Of a DNA stretch of 54,655 nucleotides, positions 27,884 to 36,349 are shown in pieces. A program made the translations under genes and the position numbers. Source of the stretch: Bacteroidota bacterium (GTDB taxonomy: Bacteria; Bacteroidota; Ignavibacteria; UBA10030); assembly GCA_040901865.1 (NCBI GenBank), contig JBBDYD010000006.1, forward strand, positions 1 to 54,655. Direction: 5' to 3'. The notes beneath the pieces are model-generated. The model saw only the letters and a program-made list of their open reading frames with translations, was not told where the DNA came from and did not search any database. Positions within the stretch are counted from its first letter, which is position 1; every line of letters starts with the position of its first letter.

Positions 27884-30800
27884 TGCCGGCCATGGAAACT
27901 CCCTCTTTTCGAGAAGATCATATAAGTCAAATCCCTGCTCTTCAATTACTGCAGAATCTGGGCTACCAGTACCTCGATCCCGATGAAGCCCTGAAACTGC
28001 GCTATGGGAAAACGACGAACGTTTTGTTGGAGGGAGTTCTTCGCAAGCAACTCGAGAAAATTAATTCAATCCAATACAAAGGTAATGCGTTTGGGTTCTC
28101 CCCGCAAAACATTCAGGCAGGGATTGAGGCACTCAAGGACCTTCCTATGCAGGAAGGCTATATGGCGACCTGCGAACATGTTTACAATCTTCTGACGCTG
28201 GGGAAATCTCTAGAGCAAACCCTCGATGGAGACAAGAAAAGCTACACGCTCCAATATATAGACTGGGACGACCCGAAGAATAATGTTTTTCATGTGATCG
28301 AGGAATTCCCAGTAATGCGCGCTGGAAGTCGTGATCATTATCGACCTGACATCGTTGTTTTTGTCAACGGGATCCCATTCGCGATCATCGAATGCAAGCG
28401 GCCCGATCTAAAAGATCCGCTCAAACAAGCAATTTCACAACATCTTCGGAATCAACAGGAAGATGGGATTCGAAATCTATACGTCTATGCCCAGGTTGTC
28501 CTGAGCATAGCAACCAACCAAGCACTCTACGGAACCAATGGGACAGAAGAAGAATATTGGGCAAAGTGGGAAGAACGGATCGAAGATCCCAATGAACGAG
28601 AAAAATACTTTGATTGTCTTCTTCAATTGAAGAATCGTCCACTGGCGATTGAAGAGAAGGATGCCCTTTTTGCCGATCGATTTCGATATGTGCGGCGGCA
28701 CTTTGACGAGCTTGAGAAAACGAGGCTCACACGCACAAGCCAGGATGAGTACCTCTACGGCTTGCTCAGAACGGAGCGACTCATTGATTTGGTTCACAAT
28801 TTTGTTGTCTTCGAAGCCGGAGTCAAGAAAATCGCCAGATATCAACAGTTTTTTGTTCTTAAGAAGACGATGGATCGCATTCGGACTTTCGAGGGGGGGA
28901 AACGCAAGGGAGGAGTGATTTGGCATACGCAAGGGAGCGGGAAATCGTTAACTATGGTTATGCTTGCGCAAGCCATTGCCTTGGATAAGTCCATATTGAA
29001 TCCAAAAATCGTTCTGGTGACGGACCGCGTTGATCTCGATGAACAGATAACCGGAACATTCAAAAAGTGTCGCATTGACGTTCAGAACGCTGTCACCGGT
29101 AAAAACCTAATCGGACTCTTGGAAAGCAAGAGTGATGCAGTCATTACAACCATTATTAATAAGTTCGAAACTGCACTGAAGCACGCGCATAAGTCATTTG
29201 ATTCGCCGGAGATTTTCGTACTTGTCGATGAAGGGCACCGCACGCAATACGGGTCATTTAACATCCAGATGACAAAAGTGCTTCCCAATGCATGCTTTGT
29301 CGCAATGACTGGGACGCCTTTGATGAAGAAGGAGAAGAATACAGCTGCTCGGTTTGGAGGGATTATCGATACGTATACTGTCGATGTCGCCGTCAAGGAT
29401 AAGGCTGTAGTCCCGCTCCTATACGAAGGCAGGCACGCACTCCAAAAGGTCAACGAGAAACCGATCGACACATTTTTTCAAATGGTTTCTGAGCCGCTTA
29501 CTGAGTATCAGCGAGCGGATCTGAAAAAGAAATTCGCAAGGGCAGAGCCATTAAATGTTGCCGATCAGAAGATTTACGCAATAGCATGGGACTTGAGCAT
29601 TCACTTTCGCGATACCTGGCAAGGGACGGGGTTCAAGGGACAACTTGTTTGTCAAAGCAAGGACTCGGCGATCCGCTACAAGAACCATCTCGATGAAATT
29701 GGAATCGTTTCCACAGAGGTTCTCATATCTCCACCCGATGACCGGGAGGGGGAAGAAAGTGCTTATGGAAAGACCCCGGAGCGCGTAAAGTCATTCTGGG
29801 GTCGAATGATGCAGGAGCACGGCACTCCGAAAAAGTACGAGCAGAACATTATCAGTCGTTTCAAAAACCAGCCGAAGCCTGAAATTATCATCGTCGTTGA
29901 TAAGCTTCTAACAGGTTTTGACGCCCCCCTTAATACGGTCCTCTATTTGACAAGAAAACTACAGGAACACACTCTTTTACAAGCTATAGCAAGAGTTAAC
30001 CGAATCTATCCTGGAAAGGACTTCGGGTATATCATCGACTATTATGGCGTCCTGGCGGAGCTCGACGAAGCGCTTAAGAATTACTCGAGCTACGAGGATT
30101 ACGATGCAGCGGATCTCGCTGGGACGGTTACGAACATCCGAGAAGAGGTTAGGAAACTTCCCCAGCGCCAGTCTGAGGTCTGGGAAATATTCAAGACGAT
30201 CGAAAACAAGAAGGACGAAGAGGCCTTTGAGCGCCTCCTTCGTGATGAAGCACTGCGATCATCATTCTATGAAAGATTGTCGAGGTATTCCCGTTCACTC
30301 AGGCTTGCACTGTCAACTATTGAGTTTCACAAAGAAAATCCCGAAGCCACCATCAATAGGTACAAGCAAGAAATGGCTTTCTTCCTTGGCCTTCGATCTT
30401 CTGTTGCCCAACGTTATTCCGACGTGATCGACTATTCTGCATATGAAGAGCAGATTCAAAACCTTATCGATAAACACATTGAAACGGATTCAGTGAAGCC
30501 GATCACCCGCTTGGTAAATATCTTCGATACGGATGCCTTTGAACAAGAATTAGAGGAGACTGAAGGCGTTGGCGCACGGGCCGACAAAATTGCTTCCAGG
30601 ACGGCGCGCCATATCACCGAGAAGATGGAAGAAGACCCGGCTTTCTACAAGAAGTTCTCAGAAATGTTGAGAGAGGCAATCAGAGACTACGAAGAGCATC
30701 GATTGTCCGAGATTCAATACCTCAATAGAGCAAGGGAGATCATGGATGCAGTTCTGTCATATACAGACAAGGATCTCCCTGCTGAACTTGTCAACCAGGA

Positions 30801-31113
30801 GGTTGCGCGAGCCTTCTATGGAATATGTCGGTCCGAGCTTGAGCCAAAGATACAGGATGGAGCAGTCCTAAGGCAAACCAGCGTGTCGGCGGCCTTGGCC
30901 CTGGACGAAATAGCAAAGCGGCTTATCATGGACGATGGCAAACCTATCATCGATTGGCAGGACAGAGGTGATATTACAGGGAGGGTCCTTATTGAGATCG
31001 GTGACTTTCTTATCGATGAAGTGAAAGACAAGTATCATCTAGACATGTCATTCGACGAAATTGATCAGATTGCGGACAGGTGCCTTGAAGTGGCGAAGGT
31101 ACGTTACAAATGA
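27883..31113 (+). CDS. hsdR: Type I restriction endonuclease subunit R
   Basis: RPDIVVFVNGIP..IECK nuclease motif, WHTQGSGKS, VTDRVDL, DEGHR, MTGTP, KLLTGFDAP, LQAIARVNR. Confidence 0.96.
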   Translation: MPAMETPSFREDHISQIPALQLLQNLGYQYLDPDEALKLRYGKTTNVLLEGVLRKQLEKINSIQYKGNAFGFSPQNIQAGIEALKDLPMQEGYMATCEHVYNLLTLGKSLEQTLDGDKKSYTLQYIDWDDPKNNVFHVIEEFPVMRAGSRDHYRPDIVVFVNGIPFAIIECKRPDLKDPLKQAISQHLRNQQEDGIRNLYVYAQVVLSIATNQALYGTNGTEEEYWAKWEERIEDPNEREKYFDCLLQLKNRPLAIEEKDALFADRFRYVRRHFDELEKTRLTRTSQDEYLYGLLRTERLIDLVHNFVVFEAGVKKIARYQQFFVLKKTMDRIRTFEGGKRKGGVIWHTQGSGKSLTMVMLAQAIALDKSILNPKIVLVTDRVDLDEQITGTFKKCRIDVQNAVTGKNLIGLLESKSDAVITTIINKFETALKHAHKSFDSPEIFVLVDEGHRTQYGSFNIQMTKVLPNACFVAMTGTPLMKKEKNTAARFGGIIDTYTVDVAVKDKAVVPLLYEGRHALQKVNEKPIDTFFQMVSEPLTEYQRADLKKKFARAEPLNVADQKIYAIAWDLSIHFRDTWQGTGFKGQLVCQSKDSAIRYKNHLDEIGIVSTEVLISPPDDREGEESAYGKTPERVKSFWGRMMQEHGTPKKYEQNIISRFKNQPKPEIIIVVDKLLTGFDAPLNTVLYLTRKLQEHTLLQAIARVNRIYPGKDFGYIIDYYGVLAELDEALKNYSSYEDYDAADLAGTVTNIREEVRKLPQRQSEVWEIFKTIENKKDEEAFERLLRDEALRSSFYERLSRYSRSLRLALSTIEFHKENPEATINRYKQEMAFFLGLRSSVAQRYSDVIDYSAYEEQIQNLIDKHIETDSVKPITRLVNIFDTDAFEQELEETEGVGARADKIASRTARHITEKMEEDPAFYKKFSEMLREAIRDYEEHRLSEIQYLNRAREIMDAVLSYTDKDLPAELVNQEVARAFYGICRSELEPKIQDGAVLRQTSVSAALALDEIAKRLIMDDGKPIIDWQDRGDITGRVLIEIGDFLIDEVKDKYHLDMSFDEIDQIADRCLEVAKVRYK

Positions 31114-31808
31114 AAAAAAGGAGCATCGATTTTGGATCGAAGAGGATTGAATATTCCTTAATGTTCAATCATCGCAAAACTCTGGGGATTGCTGTCACCC
31201 CTGAAATGGAAGTCGTGGTAAAAGCACCATCGGGGGCCCCGATTGAGAAAATTGATTTTCTTGTAAGAAAACGGGCCGCGTGGATTTTAAGGCAAAAAGA
31301 CTTCTTTCTGGGCTTCTATCCCAAACAGCCGCAAAAGCGATTCATAGGAGGTGAAACACATTTATATTTGGGCAAGCAATATCGACTGAAGGTTCTGAGC
31401 GGAAGAACGGAGTCCGTGAAGTTGCGGGGGAAATACTTCGAGGTGACTTGCAGTAAAGCTCGGAGTGCAAAGGGGTTGATGAGTGAATGGTATTTGTTTC
31501 ATGCTGAATGGAAATTCCAGGAAATTGTTGAGGAATGCCTTTCCTATTTCAAGAAAGTGAATTTTGACTCGAAGGATGTCGAAATTCGTGAAATGTCGAA
31601 ACGGTGGGGAAGTTGCACGGCAAGAGGCAGGATCATTCTAAATCTTCAACTCATTAGGGCACCAAGAGGATGCATTGAATACGTGGTGATTCACGAGCTT
31701 TGCCACTTAACTCATAGGAATCACAACAAAAATTTCGTCGATCTTCAAACACGAATAATGCCCGATTGGGCAATCTGGAAAGACAGGCTCGAGAGACTTC
31801 TGGCCTGA
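31110..31808 (+). CDS. M48/YgjP-like (DUF45) zinc metallohydrolase
   Basis: RWGSC, IEYVVIHELCH..H.NH; ATGA overlap with hsdR; typical hsdR neighbour. Confidence 0.9.
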   Translation: MKKRSIDFGSKRIEYSLMFNHRKTLGIAVTPEMEVVVKAPSGAPIEKIDFLVRKRAAWILRQKDFFLGFYPKQPQKRFIGGETHLYLGKQYRLKVLSGRTESVKLRGKYFEVTCSKARSAKGLMSEWYLFHAEWKFQEIVEECLSYFKKVNFDSKDVEIREMSKRWGSCTARGRIILNLQLIRAPRGCIEYVVIHELCHLTHRNHNKNFVDLQTRIMPDWAIWKDRLERLLA

Positions 31809-31828
31809 AAAATCGAAAGGAAGAAATC

Positions 31829-32059
31829 ATGGGAAAGAACGTCCACGTAGTTAAGAGCGGCGATCGGTGGGCCGTCAAAGAAGAGGGACGCAAGACGCCT
31901 CTCTCAACGCATAAGTCACAGGAACTTGCCCGCCAGAATGCGGTTCCTTTGGCCAAGGAGAACAAATCCGAGGTGGTGATCCACGGGCGCGACGGGAAGA
32001 TTCGGGACAAGGATAGCTATGGGGATGACCCCAATCCCCCTAAAGATACAAAGCATTGA
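31829..32059 (+). CDS. DUF2188-family small protein
   Basis: HVVKSGDRWAVKEEG..TH.SQ..A...EVVIHGRDGKIRDKDSYG.DP.PP. Confidence 0.85.
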   Translation: MGKNVHVVKSGDRWAVKEEGRKTPLSTHKSQELARQNAVPLAKENKSEVVIHGRDGKIRDKDSYGDDPNPPKDTKH

Positions 32060-32964
32060 CAACCCCGCCCTCAGACAACTGGATGATACACCGGCGCAGC
32101 ATCAGTAAAGATTTGCAGGAGGCCGCTGCGTGGCTGAAAGCAATCAACATTGATTTTGAAAATTCACGATTTGCTCAATATGCGAATCATCTGAAACGCG
32201 CCGAAGGTGGACAACTTGATCAAAGTGGACATGACTCGGCAATCGAGGCATCTGACCTTTACATGATCTACCGTGGTCTTTCACGTCTCGATCACCCAAA
32301 TCTTCACCAAAAGCTGAAGATCTTTGTTGAGAGCGGCCCCCTTCATTCATCTCAAGAACGCCCCGGCGGGGCTACTGGCTTGGCCAGAAACACGGCTTTG
32401 GAACTACTCATTGCATCCCAGTTTGCTCTTGCCGGTTATGACCTCGATTTCAACACTACTTCTGATGTCGCTTTTCGAGACGGCAGAACCATGTTTCACG
32501 TGGAATGCAAACGGCCCTTCACATACAACGGAGTCAAAAAGAACATTGAGAGGGCTTACAGTCAGCTTCGTCACCGATACAGAGATTCAATTGGGTCAAC
32601 CGCGCGCGGGCTTGTTGTGCTTTCAATCGCTAAGTTCTCGAATCCCATGAACCAGACTCTGAGCATTTCTGATGATAGAGAGCTTGTTGCATTCATGAGC
32701 GGGCGATTTGAGGAATTCCTGAGAGCACATCAGAGATTGTTCTACAGAAACCATGACGAGAGAACCATGGCAGTTCTTGCTTACCTTCAGATCGCAGTTG
32801 CATATCAAGACAGAAAAGGCACAGGAATACACCGCCAATTTGCTGGAATGTACCTTAGCACGGTGAATCCAACTGACATAAAATACATGAACCCCGATCG
32901 GTTGTACTTTCATGAAATAGTGGAAAGAATTAATCGATCGAACAAAAACGCTCTGCGAAATTAG
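32056..32964 (+). CDS. Hypothetical protein, possible PD-(D/E)XK nuclease fold
   Basis: 302-aa ORF with TTG overlapping the DUF2188 stop; ELLIA..F...SDVAF...HVECKRP..AYSQL pattern. Confidence 0.6.
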   Translation: MTTPPSDNWMIHRRSISKDLQEAAAWLKAINIDFENSRFAQYANHLKRAEGGQLDQSGHDSAIEASDLYMIYRGLSRLDHPNLHQKLKIFVESGPLHSSQERPGGATGLARNTALELLIASQFALAGYDLDFNTTSDVAFRDGRTMFHVECKRPFTYNGVKKNIERAYSQLRHRYRDSIGSTARGLVVLSIAKFSNPMNQTLSISDDRELVAFMSGRFEEFLRAHQRLFYRNHDERTMAVLAYLQIAVAYQDRKGTGIHRQFAGMYLSTVNPTDIKYMNPDRLYFHEIVERINRSNKNALRN

Positions 32965-33022
32965 ACGCTTGATATTCTCTCCCCCACTTTCTCATATACC
33001 AGCAGTTTTTCTGACCGGAGCG

Positions 33023-33044
33023 TGATTTGAGCCTGTGAGTGGTT
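33023..33044 (+). repeat. Right copy of 22-bp imperfect direct repeat flanking the defence island
   Basis: TGATTTGAGCCTGTGAGTGGTT; matches 22274-22295 at 20/22. Confidence 0.7.
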
Positions 33045-33202
33045 TTGCCTATTTTCCTTTTCGCATTCTCATCAAAGAAGGGAATCATCCATGGGGCAGG
33101 CCATCTTCGTCCTTGTCATCATGCTGTTCGGAGGGGCAACGGTTCTTTCGCAGGACGGGGCGTGGATCGGAGGGCCGGGAATCGGATTCTTTGACGGGAA
33201 TA

Positions 33203-33230
33203 CAGAGGCCAGAGGTCAGACATCAGAAGT
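33203..33230. repeat. Tandem heptamer repeat, 4 imperfect units
   Basis: CAGAGGC CAGAGGT CAGACAT CAGAAGT. Confidence 0.65.
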
Positions 33231-33431
33231 CGGCTTGCCCCGAATGTTTTTTTCGGGGCTTGCCCCAACGAAGTCGGGGAGGTCGGAGGCAAGCGAATGG
33301 TTTAGCGGGATTGAAAAACGAAAACATCAAAAGACAAACGGAAATGAAACAGAAAAACGTAAAAGGGAATGTGTATTTTGCCTTTTATTCCGCCTTTAGC
33401 GGAATTGTGACATGCCTGAGTTGCAATCAGA

Positions 33432-33498
33432 CCCGGGATTTATCCCGGGGCGTAGAAGCGGCAATCCAATACAAACCCAAGAGCTCCGTAGGAGCGGC
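33432..33498. repeat. REP-like palindromic cluster
   Basis: CCCGGGA-TTTA-TCCCGGG hairpin (33432-33449); near-direct repeats CGTAGAAGCGGC (33451) and CGTAGGAGCGGC (33487). Confidence 0.5.
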
Positions 33499-33505
33499 CT
33501 AATCT

Positions 33506-34714
33506 ATGAGCAAATCCAACATCGATCCAAAGTCCCTCAGTCTTTCCACCCGTGCGATCCACGGGAACAAGCTGTATGCATACAAAGGCCCCGTATCGCT
33601 GCCGATCTACCAGACGACGAATTACCGGTTTGAGAATTCCGGGGACGCAGTTCGCTATGCGCAGGGAGATCCATCGGTCTATGTGTACACCCGCTATCAC
33701 AACCCCACGGTTCAGAATGTGGAAGAGAAGCTCGCCCTCATGGAAGGAGCAGAAGATGCCGCCCTGTTTGCAAGCGGCATGGCGGCCATCTCCACGGCAA
33801 TTCTTTCCGCTGCGTCATCGGGCGACGACATCATCAGCACGCCCGGGCTCTATGGCGGAACATACCGGTTCTTCCGGGACGAGCTACCCAAAACAGGAAT
33901 CACGGTGCGGTATGCAGATCCGGAGCGCCTGGAATCCATTGAAACCCTGGTCACGCCCCGGACCCGTATTGTCTACAGTGAATCTCCGACAAATCCGACT
34001 CTGGGAATCGTCGACATCGCGCAGTTGGTGAGTCATGTGAGGAAAGCCGAACAGAAAATCGGTCAACGCATCATCATCATGATGGATAATACGTTTGCGA
34101 CGATCTTGAATCAGGATCCGTTTTCCCTGGGTGTGGATGTGATCGTGGAAAGCGCCACGAAATACCTGGGTGGCCATAGTGATGTGATGGCGGGCGTCGT
34201 GCTGGGATCAAAAGATCTTCTTGGCTCGGTGCGTACAACGGCCAAGTACTACGGGGGCTGTGCAGACCCTTTTGCCGCGTACCTGTTGTTCCGTAGTCTG
34301 AAGACCTTTGAACTCCGTGTTGAACGTCAAAATGCAAACGCGCTTGAGTCACACCCGAACGTCGCGCGAACACTCTACCCCGGACTCCCGTCACATCCCG
34401 GATTCAAGATCGCGACGCAACAGATGAAGGGGTTCGGCGGAATGATAACGATTGACGTAAAGCCAAAGAAATCGGCGTCACCGGTTCTCGCCGCCGTTGC
34501 GGTGTGCGATCACCTCCGCATCGCCGTCAATGCCATGTCTTTGGGTGGCGTCGAAACGCTGGTGAGCATTCCGGTCTATTCATCCCACATCAATCTGACC
34601 GATGACGAATTAAGAAAACACAGGGTGACGAGCGGAATGATTCGGATTTCGGTCGGGATCGAGGGCGTGCAGGACCTTATTGCAGATTTCCGGCAGGCGC
34701 TTGAGTACGCATGA
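33506..34714 (+). CDS. Trans-sulfuration PLP enzyme (cystathionine gamma-synthase/lyase or methionine gamma-lyase family)
   Basis: PIYQTTNY, YTRYHNPT, FASGMAAI, ESPTNP, DNTFA, SATKYLGGHSD, SLGGVETL, RISVGIE. Confidence 0.93.
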   Translation: MSKSNIDPKSLSLSTRAIHGNKLYAYKGPVSLPIYQTTNYRFENSGDAVRYAQGDPSVYVYTRYHNPTVQNVEEKLALMEGAEDAALFASGMAAISTAILSAASSGDDIISTPGLYGGTYRFFRDELPKTGITVRYADPERLESIETLVTPRTRIVYSESPTNPTLGIVDIAQLVSHVRKAEQKIGQRIIIMMDNTFATILNQDPFSLGVDVIVESATKYLGGHSDVMAGVVLGSKDLLGSVRTTAKYYGGCADPFAAYLLFRSLKTFELRVERQNANALESHPNVARTLYPGLPSHPGFKIATQQMKGFGGMITIDVKPKKSASPVLAAVAVCDHLRIAVNAMSLGGVETLVSIPVYSSHINLTDDELRKHRVTSGMIRISVGIEGVQDLIADFRQALEYA

Positions 34715-34715
34715 A

Positions 34716-35282
34716 TTATCTAACAGGCGAAGCGAGAATCACAGAATAGGGTTGGGTTGAATCGCCCGCCCCGGTTGCTACCACGAATGATTCCGCTTTG
34801 AACGCGCCCCGATCGAAGATCAGCACTCTCCAAACTGCGGACGTGTCCCGTTCGCCGACCGTGAAGGGGCGAGCGAAAAGGGGTTTTTTGTTTTCGACAA
34901 TCCAGAGCTGATAGGGTTTGTCGGCGGGCGGCAAATGATCGATCTGAAGGGCGGCTTGATGTGTTTCGGTGTTCCAGAAGACTTTCCCGCGCGCAAGAGA
35001 ACTGTTTCCGGCAGCCATGAGGAGATGAAGCCGCACATTCGCTGATCCCACAATGTCCAGAACACCCGAAAGCGTTCGCATCCGGGCGCGGGCTTCCGCC
35101 AGATCGCCAGCCTGCCGATCGATTGTGCCGATCAGAGTTTCCGAGTATTGCCAGAAACCGATGAAAATGGCCAGAAGGGCAACAAGCGTCAGCGACCCCA
35201 TCCAGTTGCGGTAGGAGGATCGGCCCTGTTGACCCGTCCCATTCGTGCCTCTTTCGATCTTTTTCTTTGTTTTGCGTTTCAT
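34716..35282 (-). CDS. Anti-sigma factor RskA-like membrane protein
   Basis: Single TM, coiled segment, then HLPPADKPYQLWI resembling the RskA C-terminal domain. Confidence 0.6.
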   Translation of the reverse strand: MKRKTKKKIERGTNGTGQQGRSSYRNWMGSLTLVALLAIFIGFWQYSETLIGTIDRQAGDLAEARARMRTLSGVLDIVGSANVRLHLLMAAGNSSLARGKVFWNTETHQAALQIDHLPPADKPYQLWIVENKKPLFARPFTVGERDTSAVWRVLIFDRGAFKAESFVVATGAGDSTQPYSVILASPVR

Positions 35283-35369
35283 AAAAACGAACGACCGTTC
35301 AATCTAGTCAGTGATTGAGCGAAAATCAATTTGAATCAAGAAGCGAGAATCGTCCGCTTTATCCTCCCA

Positions 35370-35936
35370 ATGAACCTGCAACCGGAACGGATTGAAGAAT
35401 TCCTGAAGCGGCGACAACGCAGCGAACTGGATCGGCCTGATCTGGTGCATGCGGGTGTCTTGATTCTGCTCTTTCACAAGAATACCGAGCTTCATGTTCT
35501 TCTGACAAAGCGATCATCGGACGTCGAGCACCACAGGGGACAGATTTCTTTTCCCGGTGGGGCGGTGGATGATAATGACGCGGATATTATTGCCACCGCG
35601 GTGCGGGAGACGGAAGAAGAGATCGGAATCCCGGCTTCAGTCATCAACGTGCTCGGCCTGTTTGACGATACCTGGACTCCGTCCGGGTTCCGGATTACGC
35701 CGGTCATCGGATTCACGCATGCCCGACCCGAAGTTCGCCTCAATCCCATCGAGGTGGAAGAAGTTCTCGAGGTACCGCTGTCTTTTTTTCTTGATCCGCG
35801 GAACGAAAGGGTAAAGGAATTAACGCGTGGTGGAGCAACAGTGGACGTCTATTTCTACACGCATGGCACGAATGAAATCTGGGGGGCGACAGCGGCAATG
35901 CTTCGTTCACTGGTCCGTGCACTTGACGCCAGTTAA
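35370..35936 (+). CDS. Nudix CoA pyrophosphatase
   Basis: LLTKRS..H.GQISFPGG, AVRETEEEIG Nudix box, IWGATA; start uncertain (35331 or 35370). Confidence 0.92.
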   Translation: MNLQPERIEEFLKRRQRSELDRPDLVHAGVLILLFHKNTELHVLLTKRSSDVEHHRGQISFPGGAVDDNDADIIATAVRETEEEIGIPASVINVLGLFDDTWTPSGFRITPVIGFTHARPEVRLNPIEVEEVLEVPLSFFLDPRNERVKELTRGGATVDVYFYTHGTNEIWGATAAMLRSLVRALDAS

Positions 35937-35954
35937 AGCGGATAAAAAAAATCT

Positions 35955-35983
35955 TTGGAAATCAGCCGATTGTTTGCCATATT
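35955..35983 (+). promoter_or_regulatory. Putative sigma70-type promoter of rpsT
   Basis: TTGGAA-N17-CATATT 40 bp upstream of the ATG. Confidence 0.45.
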
Positions 35984-36023
35984 GAGGCAGTAGTAAGGTT
36001 GGAACGTCTAATAGGAGAATGGA

Positions 36024-36278
36024 ATGCCGCAACATAAGTCCGCAGTGAAGAGAGTCCGTCAGAACGCGCGCCGCGAGGTTCGCAACAAAGCGGATCTTTC
36101 ACGCATTAAGACCCTTATCAAGCATGTGCGATCTGCAACTGAGAAGAAGAACGCGGAAGCCGCATTGAAAACTGCGGTGAAATTTCTTGACCGCCTGGGG
36201 GCCAAGGGAATTATTCATCGGAATAAAGCCTCGAACCAGAAGTCAAAATTAACGCGATTTGTGCGGGCGATGAAGTAA
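36024..36278 (+). CDS. rpsT: 30S ribosomal protein S20
   Basis: HKSAVKRVRQ..RN...IKT...KGIIHRNKA..KS; AGGAG RBS. Confidence 0.97.
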   Translation: MPQHKSAVKRVRQNARREVRNKADLSRIKTLIKHVRSATEKKNAEAALKTAVKFLDRLGAKGIIHRNKASNQKSKLTRFVRAMK

Positions 36279-36304
36279 GTCCGTCTGCCTTCCAGAAAAC
36301 ACAG

Positions 36305-36334
36305 AACCCCGTCGTTGACGGGGTTTTTTCTTTT
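36305..36334 (+). terminator. Rho-independent terminator after rpsT
   Basis: AACCCCGTC-GTT-GACGGGGTT followed by T-run, between convergent genes. Confidence 0.88.
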
Positions 36335-36349
36335 GTACCTCTTGCCGCA

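Noticed and set aside
22296-33022. Calling the island an autonomous mobile element
   Set aside because: No integrase, transposase, relaxase or phage genes are recognisable inside it.
33035-33502. 155-aa and 102-aa ORFs as real genes
   Set aside because: They run through heptamer and palindromic repeats and low-complexity A-rich DNA with no family motifs.
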